In this document: positions 9,483-18,277 of the stretch, one piece after another
How the letters are laid out: every line of letters starts with the position of its first letter
How positions within the stretch are numbered: the first letter of the stretch is position 1
Source of the DNA: Myxococcota bacterium
GTDB taxonomy: Bacteria > Myxococcota_A > UBA9160 > UBA6930
DNA length: 64,000 nucleotides
Assembly (NCBI GenBank): GCA_965223705.1
Contig: OZ245015.1
Span: 3,648,001-3,712,000, forward strand
Reading direction: 5' to 3'
Program-made: the position numbers and the translations under genes
The notes under the pieces: generated by a model
Told to the model about the DNA's origin: nothing
Database searches by the model: none
The model's input: only the letters and a program-made list of their open reading frames with translations

Positions 9483-9638
9483 ATGACAGAACAACGCCCG
9501 CAATGCCTTCACGCGCCCTGCACCTGCACCGCGGAAAGGGGTCGTCCGTATTGCAGCGACCACTGCGAGAAAGAACACCGCGACGGCAGGCTCCAGGACG
9601 GTCCTTGCCACTGCGGCAACCCGAGCTGCGAAAAATAG
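9483..9638 (+). CDS. Bacterial metallothionein, 51 aa (not in ORF track)
   Basis: GGAGG RBS; MTEQRPQCLHAPCTCTAERGRPYCSDHCEKEHRDGRLQDGPCHCGNPSCEK. Confidence 0.82.
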   Translation: MTEQRPQCLHAPCTCTAERGRPYCSDHCEKEHRDGRLQDGPCHCGNPSCEK

Positions 9639-9715
9639 GCGGGCGGGAGGGCTCGACCCTTCGCGATGTCTGCGAAGCGCGGCGACGGCCATCTTGAGGT
9701 GTCCTCGATGGGCTT

Positions 9716-9731
9716 CGGCACATTGTTTGCT
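9716..9731 (+). promoter_or_regulatory. sigma54 -24/-12 promoter
   Basis: CGGCACA-TTGT-TTGCT. Confidence 0.72.
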
Positions 9732-9756
9732 GTCAATGTGTATCAAGGAGGTCGAC

Positions 9757-9933
9757 ATGGACCTAATTCGTATACTGATTTCGATTCTGCTCCCGCCGCT
9801 CGGCGCGTTCCTACAGGTCGGACTGACGGGACAATTCTGGCTCAACCTGTTGCTGACGATCCTGGGCTATCTCCCCGGTGTCATCCACGCCGTCTGGTTG
9901 GTATTGGCCCGAGGACCGGCGCGGGTAGCCTGA
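9757..9933 (+). CDS. YqaE/Pmp3-family membrane protein
   Basis: MDLIRILISILLPPLG...NLLLTILGYLPGVIHA. Confidence 0.92.
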   Translation: MDLIRILISILLPPLGAFLQVGLTGQFWLNLLLTILGYLPGVIHAVWLVLARGPARVA

Positions 9934-10298
9934 TGAACGGACATCAGCGCGGGACGAAGATTTCGATCTGGGCCGCGGCTGCGATTCTTGCGGCCGTGGG
10001 TTGTGGAAACGGTCATGCGCTCGATGGCGGTTCTGACCCTCGTGATTCACAGCTGGCGGAGCGCGTACGGGGCGAACTTCGAGAGCAACAGGTGACGCAG
10101 GATATCGCGGTCCGCGTCGAAAACGGGCGCGTCACACTAAGTGGGCAGGTCCCGAGCATTGAGGATCGAGATCGCGTGGAGCTGTTGATTTCGAAGATCG
10201 CAGGCGTTCGGGAGATCGACAACGATCTCAGCGCGAGTGGTGCCGTCGCGCGTGACGCGACGGCACCACCAGTGAGCACCGACCCTTCTGCAGATTGA
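9933..10298 (+). CDS. BON-domain lipoprotein
   Basis: Lipobox AVGC; IAVRVENGRVTLSGQV...GVREIDNDL. Confidence 0.85.
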   Translation: MNGHQRGTKISIWAAAAILAAVGCGNGHALDGGSDPRDSQLAERVRGELREQQVTQDIAVRVENGRVTLSGQVPSIEDRDRVELLISKIAGVREIDNDLSASGAVARDATAPPVSTDPSAD

Positions 10299-10308
10299 GA
10301 AGGCGGAG

Positions 10309-10671
10309 CTAGTTCGCTCGTTCGCGGACCGCCTCCGCTGCTTCTTCTGCCTCGTCTTCACCGGGCATTTCGAGATCGATATCGGGGTACGGAACCTCGA
10401 CTGTCTTCCGCTCGACCTCGATATCCGGCGTTTCCACCTCGTACTCGGGCAGTTTCCCCGCGCTGACGTCGACATCAACGTCTGGCATCCGGCCTTCCTG
10501 CGTTTGCTGGATCTCGTACTCGGGAAGTTGTCCCGCGCTGACGTCGACATCGACGTCCGGGAGGGCCCCTTCGCGGGTCTGCTCCACGCGACAAGCCGCG
10601 AGGGACAGGCTTGCAGCCGCGACACCCCCGATGGCGAGTAAGGCCCAGGGGCGCTCCGTGAGACGGTTCAT
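10309..10671 (-). CDS. Acidic lipoprotein with a 25-aa internal repeat
   Basis: Lipobox LAAC; PDVDVDVSAGxLPEYE occurs twice. Confidence 0.75.
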   Translation of the reverse strand: MNRLTERPWALLAIGGVAAASLSLAACRVEQTREGALPDVDVDVSAGQLPEYEIQQTQEGRMPDVDVDVSAGKLPEYEVETPDIEVERKTVEVPYPDIDLEMPGEDEAEEAAEAVRERAN

Positions 10672-10868
10672 GACAAACTCCGCGACCACTCATCGACCTC
10701 GCGCTCCGCCTGGTCTCGCGCGACTCCTTTGCGCTCTTGGACTTTTCCAATGAGCTCTTCCCGTTTGCCCGCGATCACGTCGCAGTCGTCGTCGGTGAGC
10801 TCGCCCCACTTCTGTTGGGCCTTGCCCTTCCATTGCTTCCAGTTTCCTTCGATTCGATCCCAATTCAT
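10668..10868 (-). CDS. CsbD/YjbJ-family stress protein
   Basis: MNWDRIEGNWKQWKGKAQQKWGELTDDD. Confidence 0.95.
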   Translation of the reverse strand: MNWDRIEGNWKQWKGKAQQKWGELTDDDCDVIAGKREELIGKVQERKGVARDQAEREVDEWSRSLS

Positions 10869-10884
10869 ATTTTTCCTTTCATCT

Positions 10885-11058
10885 CTAGGCGGGTGGCCGA
10901 CCGCGTATGGCGTTGGCGGCAAACGAAACGACCAGCAGAACGAGGAACACAAAGAAGAGAATCTTCGCAATCCCCGTCGCGGCCCCCGCGATTCCGCCGA
11001 AACCCAGCGCTCCCGCGATCAAAGCCAAAATCAAGAACGTGATTGCCCATCCAAGCAT
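10885..11058 (-). CDS. DUF1328 (YtjA-like) small membrane protein
   Basis: [35 protein letters not shown]. Confidence 0.93.
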   Translation of the reverse strand: MLGWAITFLILALIAGALGFGGIAGAATGIAKILFFVFLVLLVVSFAANAIRGRPPA

Positions 11059-11084
11059 GTCGGACACCTCCTGTGAACTCGTTC

Positions 11085-11100
11085 TGCAACGCCCGTGCCA
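11085..11100 (-). promoter_or_regulatory. sigma54 -24/-12 promoter
   Basis: TGGCACG-GGCG-TTGCA, full consensus. Confidence 0.85.
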
Positions 11101-11202
11101 GCCCATCGCAGACGTCCCACGAGATCGGATTGCACGCTTGTATGGATTACACGGTCCCTTGTAGATCTAGGGATGCGGATCGAGCAGCACGCTGAGGGAC
11201 TG

Positions 11203-11685
11203 CTAACGCAGCCCGTCTACCACCTCTCTGAGTTCACGGAGCTTGCGCCCCGTGGGCTCTCCTCTTACCCGAACCGCTGTCCGCCCTTCAGGGTCGAAAA
11301 CAAAGACGAAGGCATCTTCGCCCGAGATCGGAATCGAGAGAGATCTTTCGAGCACGGGTTCCGTCAAGAGCCAGGTGTGGTCGTGGCATGAGTCCGGAAT
11401 CGAACCCTTGGCGAGGTCGATCGCGTCCTCCCCCGTCATGACGAACGGGAGGTGGATTGCCAGCACGTCGCGGACGCGTAGTTCTTTCGCGTTGATGTCG
11501 GATCGTAGAGCGGATACCCACATCCGAGAGTGGTCCGTCGCTCCCCGAGTGTTGACCCGTCGGCCGGTCAGTGCGGTAGCTGTGAAACCCGCGAACACCC
11601 TCGCCGCTGATGACTCTCGTGTGGCCGCAACAACGGTTGTGGCCGCGCATATCGTTGCGGCATATGTGCTTTTGCGGAACATCAT
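11203..11685 (-). CDS. Hypothetical protein (thioredoxin-fold-like, possibly degenerate)
   Basis: ORF follows the BON gene in the same orientation. Confidence 0.4.
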   Translation of the reverse strand: MMFRKSTYAATICAATTVVAATRESSAARVFAGFTATALTGRRVNTRGATDHSRMWVSALRSDINAKELRVRDVLAIHLPFVMTGEDAIDLAKGSIPDSCHDHTWLLTEPVLERSLSIPISGEDAFVFVFDPEGRTAVRVRGEPTGRKLRELREVVDGLR

Positions 11686-11702
11686 CTTACAGAGCCACGC
11701 AG

Positions 11703-13190
11703 TTATAAGCTGGGTTCGTCGAGCACCAAGCGATCTTTGACCGAGACGGCGCCACCATCGTAAGCGTTTTCGATCGCCCAGCCTCTCTCGAGGCTCGACA
11801 TGACAGTCCCTCTCAAGGTCGCGACCCCGTCCTCGACGGTCACATCAATGCGATCGCTATCGACGAAAGGCGACCAGAACAATTCGCTCTCGATCGAAAG
11901 CCGGAGATCGCGGTCCGAGCTGCTGGCTTTTGCCGGCTCCTTTTCGCCAATATCGCGCTCGTAGGGATCCCAGTCGTATATCCAAGGGTGGCGAACGCCG
12001 GCCCAGGGTGAGCGGGATTCGATCCAGTTCTGCAGGTCGCTCACGCCCTCGACGCGAGCGGCTACGTCCTCCGCTTGCAAGCGCTCGAAGTGGCTGTCGA
12101 CCTCGCCGTGGAGTCGAACGGAACCGTCGTCGACGACGACGACCCGGACGTCCTGCAGCGAGAGCACGGAGTCGCGTAAGAGCGCATCTTGAACCGCCTT
12201 CTGGAGGTCGGAATCTGCGATTGTCGAACCCTTTCGTACGCGCAGCAGGTTCTTCACGGAGAGCACACCGCGCATGTTCGCGGCGGTTTGGGACGCGGAG
12301 CGGCGCGCCTTCAGGTTGTCGACCACGCCGCGCAGGGTGACATCGCCGTTGTGGCTGTGGACCTGAATGCGGAAGGGCTCGACCCGCGGGTCGAGCCGCA
12401 GTGCGCTCGAAACGGTTTCGGTGATCTCATGATCTTCTGGCTGCGCAAAAGGTTTCGCGTCAGTCTTCGGAGGAAGCACACGAATTTCGATGCCGTCGCT
12501 GTCCACCCTCTTCACGCCGGGGACCCACGTGAGGCCTTCGATGAGATCGCGGTGGTAAACGCTGTAGGTGTTTCCGGAAAGGCGCACCGCTCCGTCTTCC
12601 ACGGTCGCGACGATCGTTGAACGTCCCAGTCGCGCGTCGCGCAACAGCCGTTTCGTGATTCCGTCTCGTATTTCAGCATCGGATCGATCGACGCTCGATA
12701 CCACGATCGAGTTCTCGACCCCGCGTACACCCCGCACCTGGGAAACGACAGTCTCGGCGAGCTGACGCTTCGCGTAAGAATCGACGTTCGCCTTGAGCGT
12801 CACGATACCGTCGGCGACCGTCGGGGCCACGGAAAGCCTTCGAGTCGCCGAGTCCGAGCGAAGTGCGGACTCCACGGCAGCGACGATCTCCGCATCCTCG
12901 GATTCCGCGGCCCGGACCGTCAGATTGTCCACGACGCCTTGAACTCCGCGTGTCGTTCGAGCGATCCGGAGGGCCCGGTTCTCCGCGAGGTAGTTCCCGA
13001 GTTCGCCTTCGAGCAATACGATGCCGCCCTCGCAGGTCACATCGATGGGATCCAACGATACGCCCGCGGCGCGGACGATCGTCGACTCGATCGCCCGGAC
13101 GATGGCGTCGTCGTCGATCGGCGCTTCCACCGCCTCCGCGGGTGTGAGCGCGAGAGCCAGCAGCCCGGCGAGAATGGAGCCTTGTTTCAT
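11703..13190 (-). CDS. Secreted multi-BON-domain protein (about 6 domains)
   Basis: Signal peptide; repeated D..I...V...L / G.V.L.G.V / GV..V.N.L units. Confidence 0.9.
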   Translation of the reverse strand: MKQGSILAGLLALALTPAEAVEAPIDDDAIVRAIESTIVRAAGVSLDPIDVTCEGGIVLLEGELGNYLAENRALRIARTTRGVQGVVDNLTVRAAESEDAEIVAAVESALRSDSATRRLSVAPTVADGIVTLKANVDSYAKRQLAETVVSQVRGVRGVENSIVVSSVDRSDAEIRDGITKRLLRDARLGRSTIVATVEDGAVRLSGNTYSVYHRDLIEGLTWVPGVKRVDSDGIEIRVLPPKTDAKPFAQPEDHEITETVSSALRLDPRVEPFRIQVHSHNGDVTLRGVVDNLKARRSASQTAANMRGVLSVKNLLRVRKGSTIADSDLQKAVQDALLRDSVLSLQDVRVVVVDDGSVRLHGEVDSHFERLQAEDVAARVEGVSDLQNWIESRSPWAGVRHPWIYDWDPYERDIGEKEPAKASSSDRDLRLSIESELFWSPFVDSDRIDVTVEDGVATLRGTVMSSLERGWAIENAYDGGAVSVKDRLVLDEPSL

Positions 13191-13204
13191 CGTTGCTTCT
13201 CTCC

Positions 13205-13378
13205 TCACGTGATTCTTGGGCGGCTCCGCCGGCCGCGGTAGACCAGGACTGCCGCGGCAACGAAGGAGCCCCCCGAGAGCCAGTGGGCGAGCTCGGCCGG
13301 AATCCCAAAAGCTCGAGCCAGCGAACTCACTTGCGCGACGGCCCCCAAGACGAAGAATGCGACAGCCCAGCCGATCAA
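13205..13378 (-). CDS. Divergent DUF1328-like small membrane protein
   Basis: GAAGGAG + TTG; MIGWAVAFFVLGAVAQ... Confidence 0.55.
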   Translation of the reverse strand: MIGWAVAFFVLGAVAQVSSLARAFGIPAELAHWLSGGSFVAAAVLVYRGRRSRPRIT

Positions 13379-13402
13379 CCTGACTCCTTCAAACGTTATC
13401 GC

Positions 13403-13418
13403 TGCAAGAGGGATGCCC
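13403..13418 (-). promoter_or_regulatory. sigma54 -24/-12 promoter
   Basis: GGGCATC-CCTC-TTGCA. Confidence 0.65.
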
Positions 13419-13433
13419 AGGCCGCCGGCGACC

Positions 13434-13449
13434 TGGCACGACGAATGCA
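13434..13449 (+). promoter_or_regulatory. Possible sigma54 promoter
   Basis: TGGCACG-ACGA-ATGCA. Confidence 0.5.
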
Positions 13450-13541
13450 GTTCGAGTGCCCGGGAGGACACAGCGAACCTTCCGGACGTCGCGAGGTAGA
13501 ACGCGTTCTCGAGGAGCTGCGGGAGAAAGAAAATCGCTGAC

Positions 13542-13557
13542 TGGCACCTGCCTTGCA
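13542..13557 (+). promoter_or_regulatory. sigma54 -24/-12 promoter
   Basis: TGGCACC-TGCC-TTGCA. Confidence 0.78.
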
Positions 13558-13595
13558 CTGAAAAGGTTCCGTCACACAAACCCGAGGAGCACATC

Positions 13596-13772
13596 GTGGG
13601 CCAGGAAGAAAAACACCAGAAAGAAAAGAATCAGGGCGAGGGCAATCGCGAAGCCGACCGTCGTTATCGCAACGCTGCAAGCGACCACGCCGAGAGCGGA
13701 AAAGTCGAGGAAGCGGCTCGCCGCGCCGCCGAGGAGCTCGAGGATTCCTCACAGGAGCGCGCGTTGGACTGA
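13596..13772 (+). CDS. 58-aa hydrophilic small protein (not in ORF track)
   Basis: GAGGAG + GTG; MGQEEKHQKEKNQGEGNREADRRYRNAASDHAESGKVEEAARRAAEELEDSSQERALD. Confidence 0.7.
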   Translation: MGQEEKHQKEKNQGEGNREADRRYRNAASDHAESGKVEEAARRAAEELEDSSQERALD

Positions 13773-13859
13773 CCTCGGCTTGGCTGAGCGTGGCAAGCTT
13801 TACACGAACCTTTGCAAATGTTGGAGAACGGGAGAGCGTTCGCAGCGGGAGGAGCCAAC

Positions 13860-14084
13860 TTGTCCGAACACGTATACAAAGTCGTTGAACTCACGGGATC
13901 TTCGTCGATCGGAGCCGACGACGCGGTAAAAAATGCCATCGAACGAGCGCGTCGAACGCTCCACAACCTTCGCTGGTTCCAGGTCACCGAAACCCGCGGA
14001 CATATCGAGGACGGCGCGATCTCGCACTGGCAGGTCACCTTGAAGGTCGGCTTTACCCTCGACGAAGACGCGAAGAACCTGTAG
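13860..14084 (+). CDS. Dodecin (flavin-binding)
   Basis: [15 protein letters not shown]...[14 protein letters not shown]...WQVTLKVGF. Confidence 0.95.
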   Translation: MSEHVYKVVELTGSSSIGADDAVKNAIERARRTLHNLRWFQVTETRGHIEDGAISHWQVTLKVGFTLDEDAKNL

Positions 14085-14094
14085 CGCTTCGCCT

Positions 14095-14110
14095 TGGCAC
14101 GTGGCTTGCT
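14095..14110 (+). promoter_or_regulatory. sigma54 -24/-12 promoter
   Basis: TGGCACG-TGGC-TTGCT, full consensus. Confidence 0.85.
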
Positions 14111-14124
14111 CAGTAACGAGCGCC

Positions 14125-14634
14125 ATGAAGATTCTCTACACAACTGGATTGTTTCCGAACGAGGAATCAGCTGGGGAAGCCGTACGCGCCCTTGTCGAAG
14201 AGGGCTTTGCCCCCGCCGACATCTCCGTGGTCACCGCCGACCAGGCTGGTGCCCATGCCGTTGAGCTCGAGCATAAGACGGGAGCGATTGTCGGTGGCAA
14301 AGCGGGCGGCGCCCTGGGAGCGGCGTTGGGTGCTGCAGGCGCAACCCTGGTCGCTGTGGGCGCCGTGGCCGCTCCCGGTATCGGTCTGCTCGCGTCGGGC
14401 CCGCTCGTCGCGGCGCTCCAAGGGGCAGCTACGGGGGCGGCCGGCGGCGGACTCATTGGTGCGTTGGCGGGTCTCGCGTTTTGGGAAGAGGACGTGACGA
14501 TCCCCGACCGACTCAAAGAGGGCGTCATCCTCGTCGGCGTTCCCGCATCCGAACAACGCAGCGAAGCCGCGGAGCGTCACCTCCGCCAGTGCGGCGCAGA
14601 GCGCGTCTACCGCGGAAAGCCAGCAACGGGTTAG
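14125..14634 (+). CDS. General-stress membrane protein with glycine zipper
   Basis: AGEAVRALVEEGF..DISVV; Gly/Ala-rich hydrophobic core; EGVILVGV. Confidence 0.75.
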   Translation: MKILYTTGLFPNEESAGEAVRALVEEGFAPADISVVTADQAGAHAVELEHKTGAIVGGKAGGALGAALGAAGATLVAVGAVAAPGIGLLASGPLVAALQGAATGAAGGGLIGALAGLAFWEEDVTIPDRLKEGVILVGVPASEQRSEAAERHLRQCGAERVYRGKPATG

Positions 14635-14645
14635 ACGGAGATCCC

Positions 14646-15107
14646 ATGACCGACTTCAAGTCACTGATGATTCCCCACGATTTCTCTCCGCACGCTCGCG
14701 CCGCGCTGGAGATTGGTACGCAACTGGCACAGAAGCTCGACGGCAATATCTCCCTCGTTCACATCATCCAGCCGCCGGCTTATGCGTACGGGTATCCGGC
14801 GCCCGCTGGCACCGGTACGGCAGTCGCGCTTCCGAACCTGTTAGAACTTCAAGAACAAGCGAGAAAGTCTCTCGGAGAGATCGCTGAAGAAATGGCCCCC
14901 CCTGCGAGGGTCGAGGTGGTTGAGGGGAACAACATCTCCGAGGCCCTGTGTCAGGCGGCGGACCGGCTGAAGGCCGACCTCATCATTATGGGGACGCACG
15001 GTCGGACCGGGCTCGCGCACGCTTTCATAGGCAGCGTAGCGGAGCGCACCCTGCGCTCCGCCCCCTGCCCGGTGCTGACGGTGCGCGGCGAGGAGAGCGA
15101 TCGCTAG
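14646..15107 (+). CDS. Universal stress protein
   Basis: IPHDFS; ADLIIMGTHGRTG..GSVAERTLRSAPCPVLTV. Confidence 0.95.
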   Translation: MTDFKSLMIPHDFSPHARAALEIGTQLAQKLDGNISLVHIIQPPAYAYGYPAPAGTGTAVALPNLLELQEQARKSLGEIAEEMAPPARVEVVEGNNISEALCQAADRLKADLIIMGTHGRTGLAHAFIGSVAERTLRSAPCPVLTVRGEESDR

Positions 15108-15137
15108 GGAGCGCAATCGGAATACGGGTTCTCGCGG

Positions 15138-15389
15138 CTAGACGTCCACGAGAACATCAGCTCGAAACTGTTTTCGGTACAGATCCAATACCATGTGTTG
15201 CGCTACGAGCGCTGCCTGCTCCTCGTCTCCGAGGACATCGAGCGCCCCTCGAAAGAAGCTCGGGAAATTACGTTGGAGAGTGGTTCGGTAGTCCACGGCG
15301 GTTAGCTCCTTCGCGCCGCTTAACAGCAAGCGTTGTGCCATCGCCGATGCCGCGACTCGATCCTGCAATTCCTCGTATGGCGGTTGCAA
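15138..15389 (-). CDS. Hypothetical protein (start uncertain)
   Basis: Only plausible ORF in the gap. Confidence 0.35.
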   Translation of the reverse strand: MQPPYEELQDRVAASAMAQRLLLSGAKELTAVDYRTTLQRNFPSFFRGALDVLGDEEQAALVAQHMVLDLYRKQFRADVLVDV

Positions 15390-15438
15390 TCCTTACAGTC
15401 GGTGCCTCGTAGTCGTCCCGATATCGCCGAGAACGACG

Positions 15439-15454
15439 TGGCATAGATGCTGCA
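15439..15454 (+). promoter_or_regulatory. sigma54 -24/-12 promoter (catalase)
   Basis: TGGCATA-GATG-CTGCA. Confidence 0.68.
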
Positions 15455-15489
15455 CCAGGACGCGCCCTACCGACGAGGAAGGACACACC

Positions 15490-16938
15490 ATGAGTGACGG
15501 AACCAAGTGGACTACAACCGATGCGGGGATTCCCGTCCCCAGTGACGAGCACTCACTGACAGTAGGCCCTGACGGGCCCCTCCTCCTACACGATCACTAC
15601 CTGATCGAGCAGATGGCAAACTTTAACCGCGAACGAATCCCCGAGCGGCAACCGCACGCGAAAGGCAGCGGCGCATTCGGGCATTTCGAGGTGACCGAGG
15701 ATCTGAGCCAATACACGAAAGCGGACGTGTTTCAGCCGGGAACGAGGACTGACGTTGTTCTTCGCTTTTCGACCGTCGCTGGAGAGCGTGGAAGCCCCGA
15801 TACGTGGCGGGATCCTCGCGGTTTCGCCGTCAAGTTCTACACTCGAGAAGGAAACTTCGATCTCGTCGGGAACAACACGCCCGTGTTTTTCCTGCGCGAC
15901 CCGATGAAGTTTCAACACTTCATCCGCTCACAGAAACGCCGCGCAGATAACAACCTGCGCGATCACGACATGCAGTGGGATTTCTGGACGCTCTCTCCCG
16001 AATCAGCCCATCAAGTCACTTGGTTGATGGGCGATCGAGGAATCCCGAAGAGCTGGCGTCACATGAACGGCTACTCGAGCCACACCTACATGTGGGTCAA
16101 CAGCGCCTCCGAAAAGTTCTGGGTGAAGTATCACTTCAAGACCGATCAGGGCATCGAGTTCCTCACCCAGGAGGAAGCCGATCGCCTCGCGGGTGCGGAC
16201 GGCGATTACCACACCCGTGATCTCTTCGAAGCGATCGCGAGCGGCGACCATCCGAGTTGGACCCTGAAGATGCAGATCATGCCCTTTGACGAGGCGGAAA
16301 CCTATCGCTTCAATCCCTTCGACCTCACCAAGGTGTGGCCCCATGAGGACTACCCGCTCCACGAGCTGGGCAAGCTCACGCTCGACAGGAACCCGTCCGA
16401 CCACCACGCCGAGATCGAACAGGCCGCCTTCGAGCCCAACAACCTCGTACCCGGGACGGGTATCAGCCCCGACAAGATGCTCCTGGCCCGTGTCTTTGCC
16501 TACGCCGACGCGCACCGCGCCAGGCTCGGGGTGAACTACAAGCAAATTCCCGTGAATCGACCGATGTGCCCGGTTCACAGTTACAGCAAAGACGGCGCCA
16601 TGCGCTTCCAAACGGTGACCGACCCAGTGTACGCGCCGAACTCGAAGGGTGGTCCGAGCGCCGACAGCGCTCGTTTCCCGGAGAATGCCACCTGGGAAAC
16701 CCAAGGCGAGTTCGTCCGGGCTGCGTACACGCTGCGCGAGGAGGACGACGATTTCGGACAAGCCCGCGCCCTGGTTCGAAACGTGCTAGACGACGCAGCG
16801 CGAGATCGCCTCGTCGCCAATGCGGCGGGTCATTTGTCGGCCGGTGTGACGGAGCCGATTCTGGAGCGCGCTTTCTTGTACTGGCGCAGCGTCGACGATG
16901 AACTCGGCGCTCGGATCGAGAAGGGGGTTCAGGGATAG
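15490..16938 (+). CDS. Monofunctional small-subunit heme catalase
   Basis: [29 protein letters not shown] and RVFAYADAH motifs. Confidence 0.97.
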   Translation: MSDGTKWTTTDAGIPVPSDEHSLTVGPDGPLLLHDHYLIEQMANFNRERIPERQPHAKGSGAFGHFEVTEDLSQYTKADVFQPGTRTDVVLRFSTVAGERGSPDTWRDPRGFAVKFYTREGNFDLVGNNTPVFFLRDPMKFQHFIRSQKRRADNNLRDHDMQWDFWTLSPESAHQVTWLMGDRGIPKSWRHMNGYSSHTYMWVNSASEKFWVKYHFKTDQGIEFLTQEEADRLAGADGDYHTRDLFEAIASGDHPSWTLKMQIMPFDEAETYRFNPFDLTKVWPHEDYPLHELGKLTLDRNPSDHHAEIEQAAFEPNNLVPGTGISPDKMLLARVFAYADAHRARLGVNYKQIPVNRPMCPVHSYSKDGAMRFQTVTDPVYAPNSKGGPSADSARFPENATWETQGEFVRAAYTLREEDDDFGQARALVRNVLDDAARDRLVANAAGHLSAGVTEPILERAFLYWRSVDDELGARIEKGVQG

Positions 16939-16974
16939 CGTTGGCGAGCGCATAGAACGCAAAGCGCGGTGAGT

Positions 16975-18174
16975 CTAGTCTTCCGGGACTGCTTCTGCGG
17001 CGAAGCGCACGGTTACGGTGGTGCCTTCGCCTTCGACCGAATCGAGCTCGACCTCACCGCCGAGGGCCCTCACACATTCGGAGACAATCGACAGGCCCAA
17101 CCCGCTCCCACGGACCCCGAGTTCGCTGTCGCGCTCCTTGTGAGCGCGGAAAAAGCGTCCGAAGACCGCCTCTTGCTGGTCGGGGGGAATCCCGATCCCG
17201 TTGTCTCGGACCTGCAGCGTCACCATCGCGTCATCCGTCCCGGTCGGGAGGTGCTCCACCGTGATCCACGGCTTCTCTTTCTCGCGGTCGCTGTACTTGA
17301 TTCCGTTCGCGATCAGATTGAGCAGGATCATCTCAATTCTGTGCGGGTCGCTGACAATCCGTGGGAGGCTTTCGTCGACCCGAATCTCGACGGCGCGCGC
17401 GTCGGCCATGTCGGAGAGCTGGTCGACGACATCGAGAGCGATGGCCGAGAGCTCGAGTTCCTGCCGCGTGGGACCGTCGGGATCTTCATCAACAGTTGCC
17501 AAGGCCTCGAGGTTGCGCAGGAGATGGGTGATACGATCGACACTGCGGCGGAGAAGATCCGCGACCTTTCGCGTGCCAGCAGGTGTGACGTCCTCTTCAG
17601 TGAGGAGATCGACCCCGATCTCGAGTGTGTTCAAAGGGTTGCGAATTTCATGGGTGACCATCCGGTTGAAGCTCTCGAGTATTTTTCGCTGTCGCTCGAT
17701 CGTATCCGTGTAGCGCTCGCTGAAAGCGTCGACGGAAGCCTGCATCAGGATCCGGATCCCGTGATTGAGACGTTCCGCGATCCACAAAGCCTCAGTCGGA
17801 GCCGGAGGCCCCTCGGGCGCCTCCTCAAGGCTCTCCTCGAGGAACGCTGACAAGAGTTCCGCGAGAATCGCGTACTCCCGAATGATCTGGTGGACGCTCG
17901 CCCGTTGGCTGAAGCGCAAATCACCCAGCTCTCGGGCTTTTTCTGTGACGGACGACGCGACAGCAACGTCCTGGGTCGACGGTGCAGCCACATCGCGCGC
18001 CAGTCCGCGGAGCACGACGGGAACGTGATCGAGGAGGGTCTCGGTCGGGAAAATCTCTCGGGCTTGTTCGGGAAGCAGATCGAGGAGCCGTTCGAGCCAT
18101 TTGTGGCAGATGGTCTCGGCCTGACTAGCGAGCCGTGCAGCGAACCAGTCTGCGAAAGCGGGTATCTCTTCCAC
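16975..18174 (-). CDS. Soluble sensor histidine kinase with RsbRD-N-like sensor domain
   Basis: THEIRNPL H-box, NLIANGIKY, DNGIGI and GSGLGLSI motifs; no TM segment. Confidence 0.92.
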   Translation of the reverse strand: MEEIPAFADWFAARLASQAETICHKWLERLLDLLPEQAREIFPTETLLDHVPVVLRGLARDVAAPSTQDVAVASSVTEKARELGDLRFSQRASVHQIIREYAILAELLSAFLEESLEEAPEGPPAPTEALWIAERLNHGIRILMQASVDAFSERYTDTIERQRKILESFNRMVTHEIRNPLNTLEIGVDLLTEEDVTPAGTRKVADLLRRSVDRITHLLRNLEALATVDEDPDGPTRQELELSAIALDVVDQLSDMADARAVEIRVDESLPRIVSDPHRIEMILLNLIANGIKYSDREKEKPWITVEHLPTGTDDAMVTLQVRDNGIGIPPDQQEAVFGRFFRAHKERDSELGVRGSGLGLSIVSECVRALGGEVELDSVEGEGTTVTVRFAAEAVPED

Positions 18175-18177
18175 TTC

Positions 18178-18192
18178 GTGTAATTCTTACAC
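18178..18192. promoter_or_regulatory. Perfect palindrome, candidate enhancer/operator
   Basis: GTGTAA-TTC-TTACAC between the divergent kinase and activator genes. Confidence 0.55.
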
Positions 18193-18277
18193 GAATTTGC
18201 ACGATTCCCTAGCCCGAAGGGCTGGGGCGGAGCGAAGTGCCAGGGAATGCGGCAACCTTCCCGCGAGGAGGTGCGCG

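Noticed and set aside
13791..13816. sigma54 promoter for dodecin
   Set aside because: TGGCA and TTGCA are not at GG-N10-GC spacing; at best an enhancer-like site
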